This document shows, one piece after another, positions 18,186 through 27,434 of a stretch of 64,000 bases of DNA. The translations under genes and the position numbers were made by a program. Position 1 is the first letter of the stretch, and every line of letters starts with the position of its first letter. The DNA lies in IMG/VR virus record IMGVR_UViG_3300014208_000002, positions 32,001-96,000 of that record; one strand, 5' to 3'. Under the pieces are notes generated by a model. It was given only the letters and a program-made list of their open reading frames with translations. It was not told the DNA's origin and made no database searches. Source of the DNA: a virus (taxonomy: Duplodnaviria > Caudoviricetes).

Positions 18186-18819
18186 TTTTCTTTACATACT
18201 CATATGTTCTCTCTGGTATTTGATTATTCTTTACAGCATTGTATCCACAGTTATAAGCCATAAATGCTTCAGGCCAATTACCAAATGTTTCGTATAAATC
18301 TTCAATATAATTCATACTTACTTGAAGATTATGTTGCCAATTAAATACATCAAAAACTTCTCCTTCGTATGAAGGAATAAAAAAGAGTAAAGCTAAATCT
18401 TTTTCATATTTTGAGTTTATCTGTCCAAGCCCTCTATCATAGGAAACTATTTTTCCTTTATAATAATTTTTTCCAACTGCCCACCAACGCCAACGAGATT
18501 CATTCCATATCATACGATAATAATAGGTAATGGGAATATTTCTTTTAACACAATTTTCATATACATAGTCTCTATATTCTTCAGGTACTAAAGTAAGATA
18601 GTAAGCATCCTGAAGGCTTATAGTAAGGGCAGGGCTTCTTGAGACATTTTTATTAGAAGGAGGAAAAACAGCACTGGAGAATATAAAAATAGAAAAAATA
18701 GGGAGAAACAAAAAAAAGAGCATTGTCTTTCGTCTTGTTTTCTTTTTTTGAATCATTATCTCCTGTTTCTTTCTGTGGCTATAGATAAAATCTTCTATAC
18801 CCTTATGATTAGTCTTCAT
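18175..18819 (-). CDS. Lytic transglycosylase (SLT domain) with N-terminal membrane anchor
   Basis: Catalytic WNESRW, GLGQIN, AFMAYNCG; basic then hydrophobic N-terminus. Confidence 0.85.
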   Translation of the reverse strand: MKTNHKGIEDFIYSHRKKQEIMIQKKKTRRKTMLFFLFLPIFSIFIFSSAVFPPSNKNVSRSPALTISLQDAYYLTLVPEEYRDYVYENCVKRNIPITYYYRMIWNESRWRWWAVGKNYYKGKIVSYDRGLGQINSKYEKDLALLFFIPSYEGEVFDVFNWQHNLQVSMNYIEDLYETFGNWPEAFMAYNCGYNAVKNNQIPERTYEYVKKIIY

Positions 18820-18928
18820 GGAAAACTCCTTTAGATAGACTAATTTTTAAATATTGGGGATAGGCTTTGGTTGTAGGTAGGAAATATCCTATATACAATT
18901 AGTACCTCTTTTTCATAAAAGCTAAATA

Positions 18929-18957
18929 AAATAGGGGGAATTATCTTCCCCCTATTT
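18929..18957 (-). terminator. Intrinsic terminator after rIIB
   Basis: AAATAGGGGGAA/TTCCCCCTATTT 12-bp stem, T-rich tail on the - strand. Confidence 0.8.
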
Positions 18958-18979
18958 CTTATCTAACCTTTGATTTTAA

Positions 18980-19933
18980 TTAACAGGACAGACCATTATG
19001 GCTATCTTCCCTATCAGGACAATCGGGGGCATCACAATCTCCACATGATCCCATACAATCGTCATCATCATCATCGTCGTCAAAATCATCATCCCTGTCC
19101 GAGCAATCATAGTCATCACAGTCCGGGCAACAGCCAGGGCAGGAGTTGTCTTCTCCATCTACTTCATCTTCCTCATCCTCTGGCGAAGAATAAGAATTAG
19201 GTGCATACTTGGAAGGAATACTGTAATCAGCAACTTCCATAATTACTTCATAAGCGCACACCCTCATCTTCGTAAAGTTGCACTCCTCGGGGACAGAAAC
19301 TACATCCTCGGGATTTACCTTCACCACGATAAGACGGTTTCCATCGCCTGAGCCATAGCCAGACTCATTGTAGTATTCCTTGGATGCGACATGATAGCCC
19401 TTAGAACACCCTACCCGAAAATCATCATCTACCTTATTGCGAGACATTCGGGGCTTGGCTCCAATAACATTGGAGACTGTACCGGAGTATAAATCCATCC
19501 AATCCTCACGAACCTTCTTGTATGCCAAGAAATAACCGTCCTCAGTAATGGGGAGATTACACTTTTCCAAGAAAGTATAAAGCTCCTCCACCGAGCGGCG
19601 GGAGGGATTCTTTTCCAGGTTTACAAGGAAGTTTTCAATGGGGGATAGATCAATTCCTTCATCTGCCATGAAGAGAATTCTATCTACAATTGGCCCTTCA
19701 CACTTGTACCCATTGAAGAAAACTTCTCCATACTGAATTTCGATTTTCCCGTGCGCCCTCTTAATAAGCGCCTGAGCCTTATCTACAATATCATAGATGA
19801 AATCTTCATCTTGATTGTTTTTTATTGCCTCCTTAATGTCCTCGTACTCCGGGGAATCCTTACGGATATTGTACATCTTTCCCTTGAGCATGACATTCAA
19901 GGAATCCTGCAAGAACATGAACGGTACTGCCAT
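18980..19933 (-). CDS. rIIB: rIIB-like protein with acidic Cys-rich tail
   Basis: F..NLEKNPSRRSVEELYTFLE...LPITEDGYFLAYKKV...D.YSGT...MSRNKVDDD...CSKGYHV...VKVNPEDVVSVP...KMRVCAYEV. Confidence 0.9.
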   Translation of the reverse strand: MAVPFMFLQDSLNVMLKGKMYNIRKDSPEYEDIKEAIKNNQDEDFIYDIVDKAQALIKRAHGKIEIQYGEVFFNGYKCEGPIVDRILFMADEGIDLSPIENFLVNLEKNPSRRSVEELYTFLEKCNLPITEDGYFLAYKKVREDWMDLYSGTVSNVIGAKPRMSRNKVDDDFRVGCSKGYHVASKEYYNESGYGSGDGNRLIVVKVNPEDVVSVPEECNFTKMRVCAYEVIMEVADYSIPSKYAPNSYSSPEDEEDEVDGEDNSCPGCCPDCDDYDCSDRDDDFDDDDDDDDCMGSCGDCDAPDCPDREDSHNGLSC

Positions 19934-19953
19934 AATGCGCTCCTTTCTTTACG

Positions 19954-22089
19954 CTATATAGAATGTTGATCCACAAAGTTAATATAGTCTACAAGTTCCT
20001 TATTTGCATTATTTATTTCCCAAGGCGATAAATAAGACAACATAGGGTAGCAATCTTTTAAAAGTTTTATATTATATTTTTTCTTCAAATTTATAGCAGA
20101 AAAAGGAATATCAATATAAAACATATTGCGAAGACTATCTAGCACTCTATTCTTTTTATCTATTATTTCTTCGTTTTTCTTAAAATCCTCCCATAAGGCT
20201 TTATAGGCTTCTATTGTAGCATATCCTTTGCCTTTTGTGTCAAGTTTTTTCTGAAGAGTAATAATTTCATCATTATAAGGAACTAAGTCAGAGCGATAAG
20301 ATTTCTTAAAGCATAGTGCTTCAAAATAGTCTGGTCTATTTTTTATCTCCTTCTCTACATATTTTTTCATATACTCTTGGAATTCTTGTAGGTGGGTTGC
20401 TTTTTGAAACTTCTTAGAATTAAGAATTGTATTTTTTGTAAAATGATAAATGACTAATTCTTCTGTTTGAGGAATTATTTTAAGTTCATCTAAAAAAGAG
20501 CAAACAAAATCTTTTATATTCTCAGTAGCGTTGGTAAGATAATATTTTATGTCATCTAATTGAGAAAGGTTAACCTCGGCATTTTCTGAGCCAAAGTCCC
20601 AAATATTCTTTTTATCATTATAAAAATAAGTATATTTGATTGCGGGCTGAGTAGTAGCACGGGCATATTTTACAACATTTCCCGTAGTATCTTTTAGAAC
20701 AATAGAAGAACAGTAGGTAACTGGGGGATTTCCTATGAGAGAAAGAAATATTTTCATATAAGCTTCATCAGTAAAAGCTAATATATTTACTCTTGATCCT
20801 TTGTCCGCCGCATATTGTTTCATTTTCTTGCTACAGAGAGAGGATTTTTCATCAAGATAAATATAATGTAAACCGTAGATTGGAACCTCTATTCCTTTAT
20901 CATGATAGGAAATATCTGCTTTGTGTCGAGTACTTTTCTTTGTGCATTTTTCTGTTGCCACATAGTATATGGTTTTTTCTTCATGCTCTGATTTTTTTAC
21001 CACTAAACGAAAATGAGAAAAATTACTATCAAACTTATAGTTGGGAACCAGAGTTTTAAATTCTTCAAAGAAAGGGTCCCTTGCATTCCAATGAAGAGTT
21101 CTAATTAACTCTAATCCAAAACATATTTTTTCATAATCAGTATCAAAATGAGTGGAGGTTATTTTTCCTATAAACTGATTCTTAAATTCATCAAATACTT
21201 TTTCACAAATCTTTACTATAGATTTTAATGCGGGAGCCGTCATGGAAATTTCTTCCCTAGAAGGAGTAACTTCAAATGTCCCAATAGGAACTGTGATCAA
21301 AAAATTATTGTTAATTATAAAGGTTGCTTTATTATTCTTTTGGAAAACCTCTGCTGATTTAACATCATAGTCAGTAAGAGGATAAGCAATATTTCCTTGA
21401 ATAAGAGTAGTTCCAATACTCGCACTATAAACCCAATTACCCCCTTTCATATCAGAAGAGGAGGTTATCTTTGGAATATCAAGATTAACCCCTACTACAA
21501 TTGGTTTCTTTTCAAAATACATAAATACTGATTTTGCTTCTTCTTTGAATGAATAAAAATCACTTTGACTAACATTGAAAGAAACCTCAAGACCATCTGC
21601 CTCTTTCGTTTCTTCAGAGGAAAGCCGCATTATTTGGGGTTCATGGGAAGCAGATAAGAAACAAGTATAATTTGATTTCTTTCCCTTGAAATGAGAAACT
21701 ACATTGAAAGAGTCTGTATAGGAAAAAGGAGTCTTTGAACCAAGACCTAATGCTCCAATAAGATCATTGGAATTAGTTTTATTGGATTCAAAAAAAGTAG
21801 TATAAAGATTCATTACATCATCATCGGAAAGCCCAGTGCCAAAATCTTTTACAGAAAAGAAAGGTTCAAGGGAATTAGGCAAGTGAACAATGAAAGGTTC
21901 AGAATTATTTGCTATTACATGGGCGTCAATTGCATTACAGGATAATTCACGGATAATTGCTTTGATTTTATTTTTATAGAGATTAGAGGTAAGAATCTTA
22001 AATGCTTTCCCAGTAGTTTTTATCCTAAAGGTGGTAGGAGTAGCATCAATGTTTGATTCAAACTCTCGGGTATTTTCGTGCAATATCAT
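19954..22089 (-). CDS. rIIA: rIIA-like protein (N-terminal GHKL/Hsp90-like ATPase domain)
   Basis: LYKNKIKAIIRELSCNAIDAH, VKDFGTGLS, IGALGLGSKTPFSYTDSF, TPSREEI; adjacent to rIIB. Confidence 0.9.
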   Translation of the reverse strand: MILHENTREFESNIDATPTTFRIKTTGKAFKILTSNLYKNKIKAIIRELSCNAIDAHVIANNSEPFIVHLPNSLEPFFSVKDFGTGLSDDDVMNLYTTFFESNKTNSNDLIGALGLGSKTPFSYTDSFNVVSHFKGKKSNYTCFLSASHEPQIMRLSSEETKEADGLEVSFNVSQSDFYSFKEEAKSVFMYFEKKPIVVGVNLDIPKITSSSDMKGGNWVYSASIGTTLIQGNIAYPLTDYDVKSAEVFQKNNKATFIINNNFLITVPIGTFEVTPSREEISMTAPALKSIVKICEKVFDEFKNQFIGKITSTHFDTDYEKICFGLELIRTLHWNARDPFFEEFKTLVPNYKFDSNFSHFRLVVKKSEHEEKTIYYVATEKCTKKSTRHKADISYHDKGIEVPIYGLHYIYLDEKSSLCSKKMKQYAADKGSRVNILAFTDEAYMKIFLSLIGNPPVTYCSSIVLKDTTGNVVKYARATTQPAIKYTYFYNDKKNIWDFGSENAEVNLSQLDDIKYYLTNATENIKDFVCSFLDELKIIPQTEELVIYHFTKNTILNSKKFQKATHLQEFQEYMKKYVEKEIKNRPDYFEALCFKKSYRSDLVPYNDEIITLQKKLDTKGKGYATIEAYKALWEDFKKNEEIIDKKNRVLDSLRNMFYIDIPFSAINLKKKYNIKLLKDCYPMLSYLSPWEINNANKELVDYINFVDQHSI

Positions 22090-22262
22090 CTATTATTCCT
22101 TCTCTCAATTTTTTCTTCTATTCTAGCAAGAACTTCCTCTTGCTTTTCCGATAATTCTCTACCATTTAAAGCCCATTCATGTATTGATTGGAGAAAGTCA
22201 TCTTCCCATTCAGAGGTATAGACAGAGTTTATACAGTTTTCAATTCTATCTAAATCATCCAT
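22086..22262 (-). CDS. Small hypothetical protein (58 aa, absent from the ORF track)
   Basis: MDDLDRIENC...WEDDFLQSI...RELSEKQ; GAGGA SD; stop overlaps the rIIA start (ATGA). Confidence 0.65.
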   Translation of the reverse strand: MDDLDRIENCINSVYTSEWEDDFLQSIHEWALNGRELSEKQEEVLARIEEKIERRNNR

Positions 22263-22288
22263 TTCATCCTCTTAAAAATAAATTTTAA

Positions 22289-22306
22289 GGGGGAATTTCT
22301 TCCCCC
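22289..22306 (-). terminator. Intrinsic terminator with GAAA tetraloop
   Basis: GGGGGAA-GAAA-TTCCCCC then AT-rich tail on the - strand. Confidence 0.65.
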
Positions 22307-22317
22307 ATTACTATGTC

Positions 22318-22605
22318 TTAATAGTTTTCCGTGTCAATGATAGGCTCTACTGGAAGGAAATCCTCCAAACGGCTGTTGACTGTATGGAAGAACTTCCGAA
22401 TATACTTGGGAATCCAGATCGTGTTCCTGACCGGGATTTCAAGGTCAGTGTAATTGAAATGAAGGTTATAAACCCTCACCCCTTCGTCATTCTTGTGAAT
22501 GCTCTTACGGTTGACCCACAGGGCCTTACCGTTCAAGTCCTCGAACCAAGACCCCTCTTTGGCTCCCACAACGAGTACCTTACGCCTACGGCTAATATGG
22601 AACAT
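22318..22605 (-). CDS. Hypothetical early protein (95 aa; start MFHISRR)
   Basis: GGAGG SD and a sigma70 promoter directly upstream; GC-richer than its neighbours. Confidence 0.65.
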   Translation of the reverse strand: MFHISRRRKVLVVGAKEGSWFEDLNGKALWVNRKSIHKNDEGVRVYNLHFNYTDLEIPVRNTIWIPKYIRKFFHTVNSRLEDFLPVEPIIDTENY

Positions 22606-22630
22606 ATTTGTCCTCCCTGTCCTATAATTA

Positions 22631-22659
22631 AGTATACCCGAAGAAATGCTCCCTGTCAA
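22631..22659 (-). promoter_or_regulatory. sigma70-type promoter TTGACA-N17-TATACT
   Basis: Read directly; CTTCGGG precedes the -10. Confidence 0.8.
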
Positions 22660-22672
22660 GAAATATTTATGA

Positions 22673-23740
22673 TTATTTATCTAAAGAATTAAGGAAAACT
22701 TTTCCTGGGGATATTTCATCTTTTCTGTCAAAAGGATCAACTTTGTCATAATTGTAGTCATTATAAGGAATTACATTCAATAAAAAATTATCTATTTCTT
22801 CGGCTGTAAAATCTCCAAGGTCAAGAGCCTTACCTTTATCATTTAAAATATATGGAAGTTTGCAGATAAATAGAGAGTCCTTATTTAGCCCTTTAATTAT
22901 TGTTTCTATTGCTCTCTCCCCCGCATCATCATTATCAGGAAAATAAATTATCTCTTTGAATTTTTTAAGTATTGATATTTGTTTAGCAGAGACGCTTGCC
23001 CCAAAAGTACAAGATATATTCCTTCGCCCAGTATTGAAAAGGGAAGGAAGATGAAATACACCTTCTGCAAGGTATAAGGGTTCATCAGGATTTAAATTAT
23101 CAATGTTTAATAAAGTATCTACACAGCTATTTTTTGGATAAAGGACTTTTGGACTTCCTCCATTATAACTTCGTCCCTCAAGCCCTACCAACACTTTGTT
23201 TTCAATAATGGGAACAGTCAAACGATGATTAAAGAATGTTCCTCGCTCTTTAGAATCTTTTGGGCGGTTTATCTCGGCTTGAATCGTATACTTAATCCCA
23301 TAGTAATCCAGAAATTCTCTCGATATCGGCTCTTTAGTATTACGACTCAATAAATAGTTCATGACCTCTTGATTGTCGTATGGGAGAAGTAATGCCCCAT
23401 CTATAGAATCAATTTTTCGTGATCGTATCTCTCCAAATACTCTTGGTTGCGATTTAGCCGTAAAAAATGAATAGGACTCTTGATTTATTCCATAATCCTT
23501 ATAAAAACTGCGCCCAGTCATTCTAAAATAAAGAGAAAAAATAGTTCCAGATTCCCCACAACCGAAACAATTAAAACGATATGGCTCCTCTGTTTCAATA
23601 TACCAAGAAGGAGTTTTTTCATCATGAAAAGGACAACGGGCTTTTAGTCGTCCAGCCATATTTTTAGCTTCTATACCAAGAGAGGCAACTATAGATGGAA
23701 CATCTATTAAAAAATTATCCATTAGATATATTTTATCCAC
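22673..23740 (-). CDS. dnaG: DnaG-type DNA primase
   Basis: CHC2 zinc finger CPFHDEKTPS...CFGC; Toprim LAEG and FPDNDDAG. Confidence 0.9.
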   Translation of the reverse strand: MDKIYLMDNFLIDVPSIVASLGIEAKNMAGRLKARCPFHDEKTPSWYIETEEPYRFNCFGCGESGTIFSLYFRMTGRSFYKDYGINQESYSFFTAKSQPRVFGEIRSRKIDSIDGALLLPYDNQEVMNYLLSRNTKEPISREFLDYYGIKYTIQAEINRPKDSKERGTFFNHRLTVPIIENKVLVGLEGRSYNGGSPKVLYPKNSCVDTLLNIDNLNPDEPLYLAEGVFHLPSLFNTGRRNISCTFGASVSAKQISILKKFKEIIYFPDNDDAGERAIETIIKGLNKDSLFICKLPYILNDKGKALDLGDFTAEEIDNFLLNVIPYNDYNYDKVDPFDRKDEISPGKVFLNSLDK

Positions 23741-23919
23741 TTCAAAAAATAAAATATAAATCTACTCTTTGTATAAATTAGGTCTAAAGCTCTTTGATAA
23801 GAGAAATAATTAGTATCTTCATTTATAGACCAAACATAGCCATTTCCTCTTTTTTCTACATATAGGGGGCGATTTTTTATACTATGCGCTAATTTTATTG
23901 CTTTAATTAGTTTATTCAT
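23722..23919 (-). CDS. Hypothetical protein
   Basis: AGGAG SD; tightly packed with neighbours. Confidence 0.55.
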   Translation of the reverse strand: MNKLIKAIKLAHSIKNRPLYVEKRGNGYVWSINEDTNYFSYQRALDLIYTKSRFIFYFLKWIKYI

Positions 23920-23928
23920 TTTCCTCTC

Positions 23929-24099
23929 CTAGTCTCTCCAATGCCTCATTACCCCTAGAACGATTATAGCATTCGTAATTAAATAAATCAAGGTAATTCC
24001 TGTGCGAATAAGAGCAATGATATTCGCCTCTCTACTATCATCGCTGGCTTTTGCTCCCAGTGCTTTTGCCCATAGACGCCAAAGATTTATAAACTTCAA
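23929..24099 (-). CDS. Small membrane protein (56 aa, TTG start, absent from the ORF track)
   Basis: WRLWAKALGAKA...IRT.I.LIYLITNAIIVLGVMRHW resembles a small family I recall from many large phages; one TM segment. Confidence 0.7.
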   Translation of the reverse strand: MKFINLWRLWAKALGAKASDDSREANIIALIRTGITLIYLITNAIIVLGVMRHWRD

Positions 24100-24108
24100 A
24101 CTATCCCC

Positions 24109-24588
24109 CTATGCTGGATAATAAGTAAATACATTCTTAAAATTCTTTCTACAAAGCTCAAGACTGTCCTCTTCATACCACGGGGGGACATAAGAGCAAA
24201 TAGCAAAGGTTGTATTTAAGTCTAATTGAGAATATAATTCACTACCAATAAACATTCCCGTAGTTCCCTTAAATCTTTCACAATTAGGGGTCATGAATAT
24301 ATTCTCTATATGAGGCTGAACTGCAATATATTTTTTGTATTTAAGGAAATAGAATGATTGTGCATTATACGCCGAGCCTAAGTCTACAATAGTAAAATGG
24401 TAAGGAATCAATTCTGCTAATCTTTTGTAAATAGATACAAAACCTAAAAATTCTGGTTCAATATCTGCATCTACCATATAGCCCGACATTACTTTTTCAA
24501 TTTGATCTTTAGGGAGAATATCCCACAATGCTAAAGAGTCAGCTTCCCAATCTGTAGGTGGATACTCACGAATATTGGTAGGTATCAT
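24109..24588 (-). CDS. Hypothetical protein, possibly a minimal Rossmann-fold methyltransferase
   Basis: TIVDLGSAY resembles SAM-binding motif I. Confidence 0.4.
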   Translation of the reverse strand: MIPTNIREYPPTDWEADSLALWDILPKDQIEKVMSGYMVDADIEPEFLGFVSIYKRLAELIPYHFTIVDLGSAYNAQSFYFLKYKKYIAVQPHIENIFMTPNCERFKGTTGMFIGSELYSQLDLNTTFAICSYVPPWYEEDSLELCRKNFKNVFTYYPA

Positions 24589-24593
24589 TTTCT

Positions 24594-25751
24594 CTACTTT
24601 CTGCCTCTTATAGGCAAGGGGGGTTTTGTTTCAACAGGGGGTTTGGATACTCCATTAGGCATAGGCTTGTAGAATTTTAATAATATATTCGTCATAAAGA
24701 AATTATAAGTAATATTCCCTGAGCTTGCATTGAACATATTAGAGTAAATTTCCAATAGCTCTTTTACATTCCCCGTATTATTCAATGAGGAATAAAAATT
24801 TTCATAGAAGGGGCTTTTAGCAGTATCAGGGTTCATTTCAAATAGTGCGGATTTGTATAATGCGTCCCAAGAAATTCCTAAGAAGGAGTTAAAAATGCGC
24901 TCCTGATTATTTTCTTTTTTCTTATAATTTTCAAAATCTTCAAAGAATTTCTTATTCTTCTTTACAAGGAGTGATAATGTTTCATAGGCAGTTTTTTCAT
25001 CCATTACTCCCATATAAGAGATTAGTTCTTCTTTTGTAGTTATAGGAGTTGTTATACATTGTTCATATAATTGAACCGCCTCACGAAGAGAACCACAAGC
25101 GAGAGTAGCAACAGTATAGAGAACTTCAATCATTGTGTCGGGCAATTCACTCTTTGGGTCGTGGGTTGGAAGAAGAGTGTTAATAAGATAATCAGCTATA
25201 TCATCTTCTTTTATTGCCTTGAAGGAATATCTTTGTGTTCGGCCAATGATGGAAGTATCAAATTTAGATATATCCATCGTATTCATAATAATATAAGCAT
25301 GCTTATATACTTTTTCCAAGAGAAGAAGTAATGCACCTTTTGTAGTTGCATTTCCAAGATTTTGTGCTTCATCTAATATGAATATCTTGTTCTTATCATA
25401 CATAGGGGAAACAGAAAGTTTTTGTTTTAGCCCCAATACATCTTCTTTTACCATGCCCGCACAATCAAAAACTCGTGTGTCCCGACCAAATTTTCCAGAA
25501 ATTATATCTTTACAAGAAGGACACTCCTGACAAGCTTCATGAGTTCCATCTTCTTTAGTTATTGGAGCTTGACAGTTTAATAATTGTGCAATGATCTGAG
25601 CGGTTGTAGTTTTTCCCGATCCAGTACTTCCCTCCAACAAGATAACTTGAGGAAAATCCATAGTCTTAGACCTATTTTTAAGATTTTGAATAATTAGTTT
25701 TTGTCCTACTATATCATTAAAATTTCTCGGTCGTAAATCAAGACTATACAT
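24594..25751 (-). CDS. dnaX: Clamp-loader AAA+ ATPase, DNA polymerase III gamma/tau-like
   Basis: LRPRNFNDIVGQ, GSTGSGKTT, C..C...CQECPSC zinc module, LDEAQNL, GSLREA. Confidence 0.9.
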   Translation of the reverse strand: MYSLDLRPRNFNDIVGQKLIIQNLKNRSKTMDFPQVILLEGSTGSGKTTTAQIIAQLLNCQAPITKEDGTHEACQECPSCKDIISGKFGRDTRVFDCAGMVKEDVLGLKQKLSVSPMYDKNKIFILDEAQNLGNATTKGALLLLLEKVYKHAYIIMNTMDISKFDTSIIGRTQRYSFKAIKEDDIADYLINTLLPTHDPKSELPDTMIEVLYTVATLACGSLREAVQLYEQCITTPITTKEELISYMGVMDEKTAYETLSLLVKKNKKFFEDFENYKKKENNQERIFNSFLGISWDALYKSALFEMNPDTAKSPFYENFYSSLNNTGNVKELLEIYSNMFNASSGNITYNFFMTNILLKFYKPMPNGVSKPPVETKPPLPIRGRK

Positions 25752-25768
25752 GAGGACTCCTTATATTA

Positions 25769-25797
25769 AGTATACCTGGATTTTATGATAAGGTCAA
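25769..25797 (-). promoter_or_regulatory. sigma70-type promoter TTGACC-N17-TATACT
   Basis: Read directly ahead of dnaX; AAGGAG SD follows. Confidence 0.75.
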
Positions 25798-25807
25798 TAT
25801 TAAAAAA

Positions 25808-26302
25808 CTACCTATGATCCCCTGAGCCGGTAATTACCCCCCGCTCTTTGCGAGAGTTTAATTTTTCAATATTCATTCGGAAGATGTCTTCAAGCGGAAA
25901 ACTAATATCAAGACAATAAGTTCTCAATGCTATAAAAATGCGAGAGAGGTGGGTTTGTAATTCAAATATTTTTTCTACAGAGAATGTTCTATTAGAGTCT
26001 CGTAGCCACTTCTTTATAATTCCTGCGATAACAGATGCTTCAAAATACATTGAATCTAATTCACAAAAATCATCACCTTCTAGAGAAGACATATTTAATC
26101 CTAAATCAGTACATAATGCGGCGATATACCACATTACATCCCCCACCTCATAAAGGACTTCATCTATTTTATATTTATCAGGATCAACATATTTTTCAGA
26201 TATTTCCCCTATTTCATTTATTAGTCCTAAAGTAGGATAAATTACTTTATCAGTATAGATTGCTGTTTTATATGCCTCTAATTGATATTCATTTATTTTC
26301 AT
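25808..26302 (-). CDS. mazG: MazG-like nucleoside triphosphate pyrophosphohydrolase
   Basis: NEYQ..A.KTAIY...YPTLGL.NEIGEI.EK...EVGDVMWYIA...MNIEKL.SRKERG...GSGD.R; start placed at the ATG behind GGAGG (ORF track extends to 26476). Confidence 0.85.
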   Translation of the reverse strand: MKINEYQLEAYKTAIYTDKVIYPTLGLINEIGEISEKYVDPDKYKIDEVLYEVGDVMWYIAALCTDLGLNMSSLEGDDFCELDSMYFEASVIAGIIKKWLRDSNRTFSVEKIFELQTHLSRIFIALRTYCLDISFPLEDIFRMNIEKLNSRKERGVITGSGDHR

Positions 26303-26423
26303 ACCGCTTCCTCCACAATGGATGATACCTACAGAAGTAATATGTTTTATTACCTTACTATTAAAATCGGCTACCCAGTCTTTACATGCTCCCTTTCTAA
26401 ATTCTTTTTCAGCATCTATCATA

Positions 26424-27425
26424 TTACCCCTTTTCCCGTTTGGGGAAATTAAAAAGCCTACCGTCTGAGGGAACAATCTTTGGAATTAGAGGAATTTCCT
26501 CCCTCACTTCATTAGTAGGAATAATTTCGGGGGGAGTTATTTCTTCCTCTTTCTCTTCTTCAAAATCCTCTTCTAACATTTCCGTTACTGGATTTTCCGC
26601 AGGGGTTATTATATTAGGATTAGAAGTATACTTTTCTTTCTGCCCTCTTTTTTGTTTCTTTCGTATTATTCTTGGAGAAGTATTAGGATGAACAGAAGTA
26701 ACAACTAATCCAGCCTCTACAATGATAACTAAAAGTGCAAAAGAAATAATAGTTACTACAGTTATATTCCACTTAAACAAATCTGCAATAAGAGTATACA
26801 TAGTTTTTTCAATAGCTATGTTTTCTACTTTTGCCTTTTTATGTAGCTCTGTTATTTCTGATCGAATTGTAGCAATCTCACCATTTAACTTGTCAATTTC
26901 TCTTTGAGTTATATCAATAGTTCTCTGAATTCGTTCTATCTCTGTAAGTTTTTCAGGAGGTAGCAAGTCCCGAGCGGCTTTACGCTTTTCAATAATTTCT
27001 AATCTATCAGCTATTTTTCCCTGTGCTACAACTATTGCGGCATTTTTATTAGCTATGTCTTCTTCGTATGAAACTGTAGCAGATATAGCGGTTTTCTTAT
27101 CTACAATGACAAGCCCCGAGCCTAATCCAGATACTAACGAAGCAATAAGAGCAAAGGCATAGACAGCAAAGTAAGCAGTAGCCTTTTTCTTAAACCCATA
27201 GTCCCAAGCAAAATTGCCTTTAGTTAAAGTAAATGCTTTAATGATCTCTTGAATGATTGCTACCGCCAACATGATATAAAAATCAAGTCGGGTGATAGCA
27301 AGGTTTAGATAGAAATTAAGTGCAAGAGAAAATGATACTGCCAAGCATAATCCAAATGCGAGAAAACCAATAAAATTTATTATTTTCATTCCTATAGATT
27401 GGTTTGGATCATAAGTAGTTACCAT
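26424..27425 (-). CDS. Multi-pass membrane protein with central coiled coil
   Basis: Three N-terminal TM segments, long heptad region, one further TM, acidic tail. Confidence 0.6.
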   Translation of the reverse strand: MVTTYDPNQSIGMKIINFIGFLAFGLCLAVSFSLALNFYLNLAITRLDFYIMLAVAIIQEIIKAFTLTKGNFAWDYGFKKKATAYFAVYAFALIASLVSGLGSGLVIVDKKTAISATVSYEEDIANKNAAIVVAQGKIADRLEIIEKRKAARDLLPPEKLTEIERIQRTIDITQREIDKLNGEIATIRSEITELHKKAKVENIAIEKTMYTLIADLFKWNITVVTIISFALLVIIVEAGLVVTSVHPNTSPRIIRKKQKRGQKEKYTSNPNIITPAENPVTEMLEEDFEEEKEEEITPPEIIPTNEVREEIPLIPKIVPSDGRLFNFPKREKG

Positions 27426-27434
27426 TAAAGCCCC

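Noticed and set aside
18970-19200. His-rich + strand ORF (HHHHRRQNHH...)
   Set aside because: Reverse complement of the Asp codons in the rIIB tail
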